NCBI GenBank assembly: GCA_050575255.1
Contig: JBNZDD010013730.1
Coordinates: 2,559,907-2,623,906, forward strand
Direction of reading: 5' to 3'
Length of the DNA: 64,000 nucleotides
Origin: Harriotta raleighana
Taxonomy: Eukaryota
Under the pieces are notes generated by a model, which saw only the letters and a program-made list of their open reading frames with translations, was not told where the DNA came from and ran no database searches. Numbering within the stretch: the first letter of the stretch is position 1; each line of letters opens with the position of its first letter. Positions 37,437-51,500 of the stretch are shown piece by piece. The position numbers and the translations under genes are program-made.

Positions 37437-37795
37437 TGGAGTCCTATGATTAGAGCACTCGCCTCGCAAGTGAGAAGACCCAAGTTCACTTCCTGGGCAC
37501 ACCAAAACCTTAGGAAGGTTTCATTTCTCCACACAGCTGTTTACTGAGAAATAAGTAGGAACCTGGTTGTTAGTCAATTGCAGATTGCTTTTCTGTGTGT
37601 AATAATCCCTCAAAAAATACCTAATTAGTTGGTCACTCGATCCACAGCTGATTGTGGGACACTGCTGTGCACAATTTTCCTGTTTCACCCTCAAAATATA
37701 CAGTCAGTTCATTGTGTAATATATTTTGCGAGGCACTTTGAGACATCTCAATGACATGATAAGCAGCTATACCAATTGCAAGGATTATTATTATA
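37437..37795 (+). mobile_element. Diverged tRNA-derived SINE
   Basis: Degenerate head, body and GCAAGGATTATTATT tail. Confidence 0.65.
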
Positions 37796-37942
37796 AGTGG
37801 ATGGAGCCACCAGGTCAATAGGGTGGCAGGAGGTAGGGTGGGGTGAGGCTATGGGGAGATATGAAAATGAGGATGAGAATTTTGAATTTAATCCACTGGT
37901 GGATGTGACGCAATGAAGTGAGGATGGGAGATGATTAATCTC

Positions 37943-38198
37943 AGAGCTTCACAGAATCTACTGTAAAGTGAATTGACTGTGTATTTGTGGGCGAAATGCG
38001 GCAGCCAATTGCGCATAATAGTGTTCAGTCGTGGATTGAAATGACCAATTTGTTACAGTTTTTTGGGGGACGGATTATTATTAGGCGAATGGAGTAAGGA
38101 AACTTGCCTGAGGTTTCACATTGACCTGCCTGGATTCGAAACACGAATCACGCTTGTAAGGCGAGTGAGTGCTCTAACCACTGATCTACAGGAGCTCC
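37943..38198 (-). mobile_element. tRNA-derived SINE (3'-truncated)
   Basis: Reverse complement of the family head and body. Confidence 0.8.
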
Positions 38199-38479
38199 AT
38201 TAAAGTGATGAAAGTGTCGATTTGTCTTGTCAGCCATGGGAGAAAGAGAATGGCGGAGGGAAGTGATGTTATGGAGCTGAGGGAAAGCTAAATGAGTTAG
38301 AACCCAGATATAGGGCTTGAAAGATAGTTGTGGGAGTTGAACAAGATATTACAGTTTCACACTTGCTCTATGAGGTGAGAAGATACTGCTGGGAGCCAAG
38401 CAGGAGGGCCTTGAACTTGCTGATCCCAAACTTTACCGCCCACATACTCACAGTTATTAAACTCTGTTCCCTCATCCCA

Positions 38480-38880
38480 CAGGTTCTAGCCAGGCTATCA
38501 ATCATTAAACGGATCAATTTCAAGATCCTCACATTCGTTTTGAAATCTATTCATGCCCTACCTTTGCAAGCTGCTTATCCCCCCCCCCCCCAAAACCACT
38601 GTCCGCTGCTTTCACTCGATTGGCTCTGGCCTCCTGCTTATCTTTCACGCCATTCTTGGTGTCTGCGCTTTCAGCCATTACGCCCCGAAGCTCTGGAAGA
38701 CTCTTCTCTATCCCTCTGCCTTACCCGTTCCTTCCACAAATTCCACACGCATCTAAAGGCCTTCCTATTTGATCATGTCTAGGGTCCATTCCCTTATCCC
38801 CCTGGCTCTGTGTTGCGCTCCACCACTGTCAAGCTCTGAGACACGCTGCTAGGGAGCTATATAAATGTAAGTTGTTGTTG
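38480..38880 (+). mobile_element. L2-type LINE 3' fragment
   Basis: GGATCAATTTCAAGATCCTC motif, GCTTTCAGCCATTACGCCCC, tail GCTATATAAATGTAAGTTGTTGTTG. Confidence 0.7.
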
Positions 38881-41734
38881 ACATTCAACTGAAGACCATT
38901 GGAAGAAGATGAAGATGCTGGGATAAGCGGGAGTGAAACCAGGAAAGATCAGAGCCTTGGAGTTGAAGCAAGGAGGAGAGACTGTAGAGAAAGGGGGCGG
39001 GAATGATTGACAATGTCAAAGATGACAGCAGCGAGGTTCGAGGAGAATGAGGAGGCAGAGAGCCCTGGTCACAAAATCACACAGGAAGCAGGGATTAAAC
39101 AAATTACACAATGAGTAGGTCTGTCTGTTTGTCTGAGGACAAGGTTGCACTCACTGTCTAGGCTTACAACAGAATAATCAGTACTTGGTCAGCAGTGTGA
39201 TTATTCAACATTACATTGCATTTGAGGCAGACCAGCCTGCTCCTGTCCAGACCTAACATCTTTCTAAACATACACATTTAAGCATATTTCAATGAACACA
39301 AGTAGTAATCAGAAGGGAAACCCTGATTTTTTTGTGTTCATTTTTAGCTTGGGGGGCAATTTCAATTGAGACCAATTTCAACTGAGACCAATTTCAACCG
39401 CCATCCGAGCTGGAATTAGAAACTCAAAAATAGACCAGAGTTTGAATCTGGGGCTTTCTATATATTTGGCTCAGTTCTTCACTCGATGGCGTAAATCATT
39501 GCTGCCAAACCATAGAGTCATCAGCCACATGTGAGGATCTCGGCTTGACTCACAGCCACCTCAGCCTCAGCAGAAAACTTAGGTTTCAGATCATTCTGAC
39601 CAAAGATTTGCCTACAGGGATATGTATACTTGGCTATTTGAATACAATACACTGTAACGTATATGACCCATTGGAAAGGGTCACCTAAAATAATACTCAT
39701 CTGAATAATGGAACAAAACTCGTGAAGCTATCTTGATATGTTTGGTGACAGAACTGCTCTGTGCAGTTCCTCTATTGTTTTGACTGAAACTACACAAGTT
39801 AGTTTGAAAGAAACCCCTGGAAAATCTCACAATATAATAATAATAATTCTTATAATAATAGTCCTTGCATTTGTGTTGCTTATAACTAAGTATAATTGTC
39901 TCTTTGGGACGTCCACACTTCAGTACCTTGGGACGTCCACACTTCAGTACCTTGGGATGTCCTCCCGACGTGATAGGCACTCTATAAATGTAATTTTGTT
40001 TTGTTGTTGCTTTGATTTCATACTGCTAGTATTTCCTCATGTTTACTGTGGTATTCTTGGATGTGCCTGTGCTGAAATAGAGTAAGGGACGTGCTTATAA
40101 AAGAAATGATTCATAGGAATTTCTTTGACTTTTTCTCAACTGGTGGTGACTGTGGACCCAAAGGAGCATTGTGATCCCACATCCAGAAGCATTAAAAGCA
40201 AATTTCTACAGATGAAACAATGCTGTGTGCATTTGTTTCAAGGCTTGCGTTTGAAATATTATGGAAGCAGGCATCTAATAAGTAATAAACATACTTTAAT
40301 TATCAAATAATAGTCTGAAAGTTGATCTAAAGTTCTGTAAAAACTGCCTACATGGTGACCACTTGGAGACTGCTGACAAAATTGTCATCACTATTATTAT
40401 AGTAATTATTATCATTATTTTATTATCATTATTATGGATGGGCAATTATTTATTTACTAGTGTCCAATTTTGAAATTATTGCTGGGGAATTCCTAGTGGG
40501 GACTTTCCTCAACACTTTATATTGTGTGTTTTTTTTTAAAAAAGCCCAGTTCACACTGTAGTTCATGGGCCACATAATTAGCTTGGTATTAATCTGGGTT
40601 TAACAACGAGTGCAGAACACCAAATGAGATCAAAGGAAGAAAGCCATTCAACCCACTTTATCTCATCTTTCCNAGGAAGAAAGCCATTCAACCTACTTTA
40701 TCTCATCTTTCCAGCATACAAAACCTGTTGTTCTCCAACTAGAGCATCAAGCTTTTTTTTATTAAAAAAAATAAATCCAGCCACTTTACTGATAACCAGG
40801 AACCAGTAAATTTATTTATTAATTACCTCTTAGATAAATACTTTCTGTAAATAAATACAGGATAACATTATAAATGCAAGTTATTGGAGGTGTTTTGTTG
40901 TCCACCAGTTGGTTGTGACCATCCTTTTCAGTGGGAAGTAATGTGTACTTTAATTTTTTTTTAAATGCTTTGATCTTAAAACATTAACTGGAATAAATAA
41001 AAACACTGGCTAAACAACAATAACTTGCGTTTATATAGAAACCCCTCACTCAGGGGAGGGTTCCCGGGACACTTGACTAAACCCAAACTGTGTCTCTTAC
41101 TTAGGATTAATCTAGAGTTCAATTTGCACTGCTTTCAACTCAATTCGAATGCATCCATGAAGCAAAAGGAAATGCAGTTATTCTGGTAGTGGAGGATCGG
41201 GAGTGGGGTGGAGGGTTGTGTGGAGTGTAAACTCCAGCCACAGACGAGTTGGGCCAAATGATCGTTTCCACGCTGTATCATTCTATGTCATACCTTTTGA
41301 GTGAAAGTTACTCAAGGGAGGAAAATAATATTGAAAGTTACGTTCCAACAATCCAAGACTGCAATAAAGAGAGCCTGTGTTCAGAGTGACCCCCCCCACA
41401 CCCCCCCACACCACCACCTCCCGCTGGATCATCTCCATGGTTCCCGCGATCGTCTTAATTGTAACTACCTTAAGTCCTCCCTGAGACATTCTATGCAACC
41501 AACAGAGTTATAACAGCATGAAAACTGCCTCGAAAGAGTAGCTATTTATGGAACAGACATGCTGATTGAAGCTGCCGTGGTCAGTGTGTGTGTGTGTGTG
41601 TGCGGTTAGTTACTCAGTAAGAAAGAAAATGAGATGTTTTCAAACTGAACTGCCTTGCTACTCGCTGGGTAACCCAAATTAAGAGTTGTGTCTAAAGAAG
41701 TTAACACAGTAATATCAATCAATCAATCAAAATG

Positions 41735-42335
41735 TTATTTATATTGCGCCTTTCACGTCGGGAGGACGTCCCAAGGCGCTGAACAGTCAAGTGGGGGGGA
41801 GGGGTCGGGGGAAGGAAAGTAGGAAAAATTTACTGTGTATTTGTGGGCAAAACGCGGCAGCCAAATTGCACACAGCAGCGTCCCACAAACAGTCATGGAA
41901 GTGAGGGGGCCAGGGATGAAAGGGGGAAAGAGGGTAAGGGGAGGGGTCGAGGTAGGGGGAAGAGACCAGGAAAACCAGGTGTATATTTGGGGCGAATATA
42001 ATTGTAATAATAATAATCCTTGCATTTGATATACCCTAATAATAATAATACTTTAATTTATATAGCGCTTTCCACATCTTATCGACGTCCCAAAGCGCTT
42101 TACAGAATACGACAGCGTCCCAAAGAGCGGGCGGCGGGGGGGGGGGGGTAGGGAGAAAAAAGGGGGAAGGAAGAAAGGAGGGCGTAGTGTCTTTTTGTGT
42201 CTTCGAAACATCTCGAGTCGCTTCCCAGAATATGCTGTAAAGTGAATTGACTGAATATTTTATGGGCGAAACACAGCAGTTAATTGCGCACAGCAGCGTC
42301 CCCACAAACAGTTGTGGATTGAGTAACCCAAATAT
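41735..42335 (-). mobile_element. Cluster of SINE and L2-tail fragments upstream of ABCA4 coding exon 1
   Basis: Several reverse-complement family tails and bodies. Confidence 0.75.
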
Positions 42336-42484
42336 TGTATTATTCTCCTTCCTTTCAATCTTCCTGTTTCCCACAATAGCGAGGGGAAGTGTTTAGTAAA
42401 TCAAGAAATACTATCTCAAGGTAGGGCTGTTTGTTTTTCAGGAGCTCAAGTGTTGAACTGCAGTAGTGGAGGAGAGGAAGAAAC

Positions 42485-42547
42485 ATGTCCTCCAGTAAGG
42501 TATCCCTGTTGCTGTGGAAGAACTGGACAATCAGGAAGAGACAGAAG
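42485..42547 (+). CDS. ABCA4: ABCA4 coding exon 1 ([21 protein letters not shown])
   Basis: ABCA N-terminal motif LLLWKN; in-frame TAG upstream at 42464; donor gtgag. Confidence 0.88.
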
Positions 42548-45500
42548 GTGAGATGCTTTTAATTCAACAACAACAACCTCATCAATCTCGCATTTATATA
42601 GCACCCCTCACACAGGATAGAGTTCCAGAGCGCTTGACAGTGGCGGAGGGGGGAGGTGGGGAGGTGACTGTAAGCACAATAGAAGACGAAGGTCTTCAGG
42701 CCCGATTTGAAGAGAAGGAAGGAAGGAACAAGACGGAGAGCTAGAGGAAAAGTGTTCCAGAGTTTTGGTCTCACTGTGGCTGAAAGCACAACCATAATTC
42801 CCACCGGCTTGTAATTCCCATACGACTTAGCAAAATAAAGGACTTCAAAAGAAGGTTAAATCAAACCCTGCAGAAACTGGTCTTGAACTAATTAAAATCA
42901 ACCCCAGACTGAATGGTGAATTGTCACCTCACCGAAGTTCGTGTCTTTTCTCTCGTGTCAGCGACGTAATCGTTCTGCAACGCAGCTCGATCCAGCCGCC
43001 CAACTGCAAAGTGGATGAGATGGTTATTCCTGTTCAGACTGTTCAGTTTCCATGGAGCTCATGGAGTTGGGTATTTTAAGAACTTGTAGATATATATTGA
43101 GCAATTCCAGTAATTGAATTCAGGGTCCTGTGGCTTTTGAACTTCAACTGTGCTGTAGAATTCTGCCGGGCTCGGTTGTCATCTTACCAGGTTTTCCCCT
43201 GTTTGGCCCAACGCGGCTGCTGTGCGTCTAATTTACTAAAGACCAAAGTACTTCACTGGGAACTTCATTGACAGGTTGATAAAGAAGCGTTTCCTTGCTC
43301 GGCACTTTAATGAATTTTCCCGAGCACAGAGTGACAGCTATCACAGGAACATAGGAACAGGAGTAGATCATTCAGGTGCTCGAGCCTGTTCCGCCATTCT
43401 GTAAGATCAGCTGTACCTGAACTCCAATTAAATTCACTTTATTGACCCGGTGGAGCACGTGGGAGAACCTTTGTTAGCCCGAGAGCTTTTTTGCTTTCCA
43501 AGAACTGAAGTTTCCCTCTCCGAAGGCATAGCTCTATATATACAACATTACTGTATAATAAAATCTTGAGCGTTTAATTGCCAATGGTTGGACTCGCGAA
43601 TAAAGTCCTCTAAGCATTCGAGAAACTCAGTGTTTCACTGTAAACCTGTAAATAAGAAAGCCATGTTTGATGACGTGTCTTCTACCAGTTAAATATTTGC
43701 TTCACTACTCTTAAGTACAGTTGAACCAATATGGACTGGGTTTGACACAGAAAGGTGTTCAACTCAATCAGCAGCTTTACTTTAAATCAAATAAGGCAGT
43801 TAAATGTGATTTAGGTTTCATATTTGCTCTAGGTAAATTGATAACCCACAATCTTCTGACTCAGATGAGGGTGCCAATCATTTTGATCACTATTTCAGAA
43901 ACTTCTAAGTTTTTAGAGATGAGTGTTGAGTATTTTGTTTGACAACTTACGTTGTGACTGTAAAGAAGGAGAAAATGAAGGAAGCCATGCTTCACAGACG
44001 GATTAGTCACATTGTTGAGCCACATTAGGGTAGGATTCACTCACAAAATATACAGTTCATTGATTTTACAGTACATTCTGCGAAGCGCTTTGTAAAGGTG
44101 GTAAAAGCAATCTTTTGCTCCTTCCTTCGGGTTCTTGTAAGTAAACTTAATGCAGCTCAAATGTCCAAGTAACAATTCACTATATCTGATGAGATTAAGG
44201 CTTTGTTTGTTAATTATAAACACGGAGATTAGGAATATTTACTAAAACAAAAATAATTGTAATTAGCACACAGCAGCATTTCCGCTGTCCTAAGCAATTA
44301 TAGCAAATTCTCGTTCTGCTTCACAAGCAAGAGCAAACAACATTATATCAGTTATTCACTGATCACGGGACGTTGCAATAAGCAAATTGGCTCTGTGTCC
44401 AACCACAAATACAGTCACTACACTTCACAATACTTCCTGTTACGTGCTTTGAAATGTTTTGATGAGGTGATAAGGTGCCAATGTACTGTATACAAGATGC
44501 AGTGATTAACATTATATTTTATTATTGTGAGGGACTAGAGAGGGAAATGGGTCTGACTGCTGGAATGGAATTTAAAGATAAATAAATTGTTTATTTCAGC
44601 CCTCAAGTAATAAACCTGCTGATTTTTAGCTTGATGATTTATATATTCTCATGTATTTCATTAACATTTACCAGCTCCGTCTTCTTGTGGAACTTGTATG
44701 GCCTCTCTCTCTTTTCCTGGTTTTGGTTTGGCTGCGGAAAGCAAATCCACTCTACCAACAGCATGAGTGTAAGTAACCTTAGCTATTGCGTTTGCTGTAA
44801 ATGGTACTGTGTTTGATAATCTTCATATAACTGACCTTTAACTCAAGGTAAACAGCACTGAGCATGAAAAAGAAATACGCTTTTTTTAGGTCATTGCTTT
44901 TGGAAGTGGAAATGCACAGTCACTTGAAATTAAGCCTCGGAGAGGTAGTGGAGATCCCTTCGTACTGCTTTATACACTGCATGTGGATAACGTTAGCAGA
45001 GTCTCAGCCTATTTGATCTGACTGAGAATGACTGTTCCACACCAGCTGCCCTAATTCATCAATCTCTTTTCAAAGAGGCAGGGATTTCAGGAGCAGTGAA
45101 TGGCGGCATCAATGGTACAGCAGGAGAGACCTTTTCTGGTGTTCAAAACTGCATAGTTGACTCTGTTCCAAGGATACATCTTTTTTTTTACTGAAGTATT
45201 AGTTGTGGTCGGAAGCAAAGCAAAACAGAGGGGCCTTTCTTTGAAATGCATATTATTCTTTCTAAAGAATGCAAAATAAGTTTTTTTTAATATAAAAATA
45301 TATATATATATATACTGTGTATATCTATAAAGTTCCTTGAAAATCTTTGTGTGTTTGTTTCCTCCCCCCTTCTCTCTCCTGTTCAGGCCATTTTCCTAAT
45401 AAAGCGATGCCCTCTGCGGGAATGTTGCCATGGTTACAGGGAATTTTCTGTAACATGAACAACCCCTGCTTCCGCTACCCTACCCTTGGGGAATCTCCTG

Positions 45501-48500
45501 GTGTGGTTTCCAACTACAAAAACTCCATGTAAGTACAGTATAACTCAAGGTGTGGCGGTGGCAAACAACCTAGAGTGTTCCAGTCCATTCGAAATGAACT
45601 GGCAGTAAAATTCCTTATTGAAACTGATTTCGTGGAGATCCTGTAGCTCAGCGGTGAGAGCACTCGCCTGGCAAGCGAGCGACCCCGGGTTCGATTCCGG
45701 GCAGGTCAGGGCGAAACCTTGGGCAAGTTTCTTTACTCCACACACACACACACACACACACGCCTGATAATAATCATCCCTCCAAAAAAATAATTAATTG
45801 GTCGTTTCAATCCACTGCTGTTTTGTGGGGACACTGCTGTACGCGATTGGCTGCCATGTTTCGCCCACCTATATATACAGTCAGTTCACTTTACTGTATA
45901 TTCTGTGAAGCGCTTTGAGACGTCCAGAAGACGTGAATAGCGCTATATCAAATGCAATTATTATTTTTTATTACAGTCATTTTCACCTTAATGCAAACAT
46001 CACCCAAGCGCTTATAAGACTTATACGATAAATAAATGGAAGTATATTCCTCTTCCAATCTACATTAAATTCAATATAAATGTAATTGTAGAAATACTGC
46101 ACATGGCTGAGATTTTTTAAAGTTATTTTCCAGTACTTCTACAATTCTTTCTCCCTTATAAATTTTATCTGCTCTCGCCGGCCATCTTTTCATTGGGTTC
46201 CTTTGTCATTTTTGATTTTACTTTGATTTTTGATGAGTAAAGTAATGAGATTCATGGCATGATAAGAATGCTACACTGTAAAAAAAAAACCCACTAAATA
46301 TCTAATAATACTAACCTGTAAACATGGGGCATATAAGGAATAATTGCCAATGTGAGGATTAAAAGTAGTGTTGAATGTTTCAATGGATATCCTAGACTGT
46401 TTGTGTTTCCTTTATCAAAATGTTGAATATTTAGCAAAATTAAAACGTTTCAAGAGCATTGAATGTGAATTATCCCGATGTGTAGGCAAGGACAATTGTA
46501 TTTGACGATTCCTTCATGCGCCTGTGCCTCTGTTTAGATTGGCACGAGTTTACACAGACGCCCAGGAGTTGCTGTTCGATGAACCTAAGATCCATAAGTT
46601 GCAAAAGATCTGGTTGGACGTGAATTATTTATCGGAATTAATGGGTTCACTAAGAAGCAATCCAAGAAAATATGCAGGTAAGACTTAACTAGATTTTGCT
46701 TATCTTATTGTAGGTTATCAACCATCCTCAAAGAGTGACAGACTTTGTCTTGTCGTTAGCCTTGAACCAGCACGAATAACTTTGCGTTTAACACTGCTCC
46801 AATCTTGATGTCCAGATATTAATCCTTCAACTCTTTCTCAATTTTGCAATAGACTATCATGGTACTTTGACTCATTGTATACCATGCAATGGATTAAACC
46901 GATCCTGAAAAGTTTGCCTCTGCCTGTAAAAAAAATACTGTACAATCCATTGGCATTCAGTGCTCACAACCCAATGTTTATAACAACTGCAGACTGTGTT
47001 GAGGGAGTCTGGTTAAATACTTGGGATTCTGACAATGTCCACTGTAACCAACCTAAACGAGAGCAAAGAATATGTAAGTCAGTAGTTTTGAGAGGACTCT
47101 TTTATTCTGGCTGGCTTTCTGCTTTCATGCAGCTCCTCTCTTATTTTTCAGGGCGAGGCGTTCGAATCAAAGATTTTCTCAAGGAAGATGAAACCCTGAC
47201 TGGATTTCTCCTCAAGGATATCAAGCTCTCAGACTCGGTCGTTTATCAGCTGATCAACTCTCAAGTGCGGGCTGAGCAGGTGTGTACTGCAAACCCAGGC
47301 AAATGTATTCAATTGCGGAAATGTCTGCAGATATGACGGACTGGACCCGTGCGCTTGTGATGTAGCAATCTTCTTTTGTCCCTGATCCCCCGAATCCCAA
47401 TACCTTTTGCGGTTCGTTCATCCGCTGCTTCACAAAACATTACCCACTTTGGAGCTAGGTTTGATCTCTTCCTGTGCCTTTGAGTCTCTGATTCGCCACA
47501 TTGGCAACACACACGAGCAGAGACACTGACGAACAACAGCCACCAGGCAAGCTCAGGGCAACATTGAGAGGAACACCGTGGAGACGTGGGAGCAGGTAAA
47601 GTCACCTGGCCAAGGCTGGTGTCCAGCCTAAGAGAAAATACAGGAACTCATAGCCTCACATAAAACAGCCGGAAATGTCAGCGTTGGCATTTCTTTGAAT
47701 TAAAAAAATCAATCAGAATGTACTTTCCACTGGATTTTCCATCATACCTCGAAGCAAAGGACCCCCTGTACTGTTTCCCATTGAATGTCTAAGTGCTGAG
47801 ATAATTCCAATCTGCATCATAATGTCCTTTTGCTACTGGTTAGTGGCCCCCAAGACTTTTCCGTCGTCTGTTTTGCGGATGGAATGTACTCGTGTGGGAA
47901 GGACTGATACTGCTGGGATAGCAACACAATCCTGAAAACTCTGTACAGAGTGAGAAAGGATCTTTTCATATGCAAATAGATCAAATAATTAGAAAACATC
48001 CACGTATGCTTTGATTCAGAATTTGCGCAGACCTCACCAATTTAACCTTCGTTAGAAGCTTCAAGCCAAACAGTTTCTATACAACAACTGAGAATTCTCG
48101 CAGCCTGATTCCCTGGACAGAATGTATTAATATGATACATGGCTAACCCGCGGAACAGTAGCTTAACCTATCAAACAGACTGTACAGTGTACTTCATGTG
48201 TTCGTACATCTCTGCTGGAATGTCAGAGGATTTATGGTTGCCAGTGAATGATTGACTTTGTGGCTATTGCTGTCATTTTCTGTTTTACAGGCACTGGCAC
48301 AAGGCATGTTATTCACTGGTGAATAAATAATTTTGTTTTAAAAAAACACCTAACCAAAGTTTAAACTTGTCGTATGCAAGAATATACAATCACAGTCGGG
48401 CACATAAAAATGACTGAATGCTGGTAATGTTGGCTTGTCTTATGATACAACTCGGGTCAAAGGCCATTAGTGTATTGTAAGCTACCCTCTGACCAAATGC

Positions 48501-51500
48501 ATTCCTTTAAACTTTGGCTTTAGAGCGAGAGCCAAAGGTCAGTTATTACATTGCTGACGTGGGCAACATCGTCAAAGGTGAATTTGTCTTAAAGAGGGTG
48601 GTCTCGCTTTATTTTTGGTTCACAATATTGACAGTATCAGTGACGGTGTGAAACTGCCTGCTTTCAGATTTCTTTCGATTGAAAAAGAGTTTAAGGTTGC
48701 GTCTGCCTTTCTCAGTTGGTAAAAAGTTGACTTCAGCATTTGAGTCACCAGCACTGCTGCAATGGTGGTGGAGTGTGTTTATGTGGAGTTATGTTTTCCC
48801 CCCTCCAATAGACTCTTCAGTGAAACGGCTTGAATGACTAACGGTTGGGCTGTTTGTGGGAATTTGGCTGTTGAATTCTCTTTGAGAAAACATGATGCTA
48901 TTTCCTGTGATGAACTTTGAGTAACGTTGATGTTACAGGCACTGTAAAAACGCAAATTATTCATCTATTGTGTATTTTTTTCTCCCCCTCCTTTCAGTCG
49001 TCAATGAATCAGTGACACTGCACCTGACTTGTCAATGTTAATGTGCATGTCGACTCAGGGTTTGGGCAGAGTTTAGCAAGGCGATCTTGCTGACGATGTG
49101 CTCTGAGAGAGGTACTGAAAGGAGTTGGGGATAACGACTCAAAATTTTTAAACTTTTAGCTTCAATAGTCAGCCCCCAAAAATCCAGGCATTCCAAAGGA
49201 ATAGATCACTGGGAACTAGTCAGTACCTATCACCCACTCCCACTGCCAAAGAACATAGCGGAGCCAGAGATTATACAGATGGGGGGGCTGGGTGGGTGTT
49301 GATTACATGCTAACACACACACATTTTGTCCTCCTCCCTCATTAAGCTGTTAGGAATTTAATATTTCTTGCGCTAATATTTCTTGAGTATAATTTTTTTT
49401 TTGAAACGATCCTTTATGTTAGTTCTGTGACTCTCAACCCAGTAAAATATGAACTTTTCACAAACTTAAAGATGCCCGAACCATAAATTGTCCGAATTTG
49501 GACCAGATCTGTGTTTACAAGAATAAGCCACAGTTGCTGGTGATACGAGTTGTCAGAATCTCTGATTTTCCATTGGTACCCAGTCCAATTCCTACCAGTC
49601 TTTCTGTGCTGCCAGAATCCATTAGCGGATCCCTGTAGCTCAGCCACGCAAGCGAGAGACCTGGGTTCGATTCCAGGACTCCACACGCCTGATAATAATC
49701 CCTGGAAAAAAAACCCAATAAGAATTTGGTCACTCAATCCACTTCTGTTTGTGGGACACGGTTGTAATAATAATAATAATAATAATCCTTGCATTTGATA
49801 ATAGCGCTTGCTTTTCACATCTTATCGACGTCCCAAAGCGCTTCACAGAATATACTGTAAAGTGAATTGACTGTATATTTGTGGGCGGAACGCAGCAGCC
49901 AATTGCACACAGCAGCGTCCGTCCCGTCCCGTCCCCACAAACAGTCGTGAATTGAAATGACCAATTTTATTATTGTGTTTTTTTGGGGGGGATTATTATT
50001 AGGCATGTGGTGTGGAGTAAGGAAACTTGCCCAAGGTTTCGCCCTGATCTGCCTGGCTTCGAACACAGGTCTCAGGCTTGCAAGGCGAGTGCTCTAACCA
50101 CTAAGCCACGCAATTGTGCGCAATTGGCTGCCGCGTTTTGCCGGCAAATATACTGCAGCCAATTCACTTTACAGTACATTCTGTGAAGGGCTTTGAGACG
50201 TCTAGAAGACATGAAATGCGCTAGATCAAAAGCAAGGATGATTATTATTATCATCAGCATCGAATCCTCAAGATGATACTCCTCCCCTCGGCTTGGTTGC
50301 CTTGGGCCCGCACCTGGTTGTTTATACACTTTATTATTGAGACTGTGAAGATTCACACTCCGGCCTGAGTCATGGCATACAAGGACACAGGGACACAGAA
50401 ACCTATATTAAAGGTTTCCCAAGATTTTGAGAGAGAGGCCCACCAGTAGGCTTGCTGGGAGCTGAGGATAGCTGCTGGGGCATTCAATCAACCAGGTCTT
50501 TCTGCTGTTTGTTGGGGCTGAACTGCCTTGCGCTGCCACTGAATTAACAAAATAGTTTTGCTTCACTACGTTGATAATAAAGGATTTGTAAATAGCGAAT
50601 GCCAGATATGTTCTGGCCAACATCTGGGAACTCCACTCAAACACTGATCTCAGCTTCTGACTTGCACGAAGGCAGTGTGCAAGTGACTCCTAGAGGTTCA
50701 GTGATGACATATTGAGGCTCTTTATTTGCAAAATCCTTCTGCCAATCTGGCTAATTGAATAAAACTCGAATCATCATTAAAGTCAGCCTTTGCTTGTGTT
50801 GTTAACCCACCTTGCTAACATGAAACAGTTCACTGAAAGAAATCTTTTGACAATGAACCTTTTTGCTGACACATCAGGAATCGATTATCCAGTTAATGAA
50901 TAAAGGTAAATGGGTTTCTATAATTGTTCTTAAAATATTTGTGGAAGTTTAATTTATCAGTAAGTACCCCGGTACCACAAGTATGAGTTTTCTTTTGATC
51001 AGTAGATACTGTGACATTCTGGGTCTTTAACAAGGGAAAATTGCAGATATGCTGTTAAGATTTGCAATTTAAGCTTGATTCTCTGACTGAGCTTTAAACA
51101 CATGGACAAGTTTCCGATAACATGGACTTGGTTAACAAGTAGTTAACAATCTTCAATTGGGGAGCTAAATAAATTTCATAACCTGTTTTCCTTCACTACA
51201 AACTCCATCAGCCAAGGGATTGGAGGCTGGAATAATCAGTTTCATTCAGAGACGAGTAAAATAGATGAGTGTTATGTGTGTGCTACTGTTGTGTAAGATT
51301 CTCTTGCTTTTGCTGTGCTTACAGTTTGCTTATGGAGTTCCAGATTTAGCCCTGAAAGACATCGCTTGTAGCCAGACTCTTTTGGACCGTTTCATCATTT
51401 TCTCGAGTTGGCGAGGTCTGCACACTGTTCTCAATGGAATGTGTGTTCTGTCTCCACAACGGCTTCAGAGAATAGAGGACAAGCTCTACGACAATGTGGA

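Noticed and set aside
39903-39965. Short tandem duplication TTGGGACGTCCACACTTCAGTACC (a similar 21-bp duplication lies at about 967-1009)
   Set aside because: Local slippage duplication within L2/SINE tail remnants; no sign of function.
42494-42507. GTAAGG / GTATCCCT donor-like and U12-like motif inside ABCA4 coding exon 1
   Set aside because: Use would remove the conserved LLLWKNW motif, and it does not match the full U12 consensus GTATCCTT.
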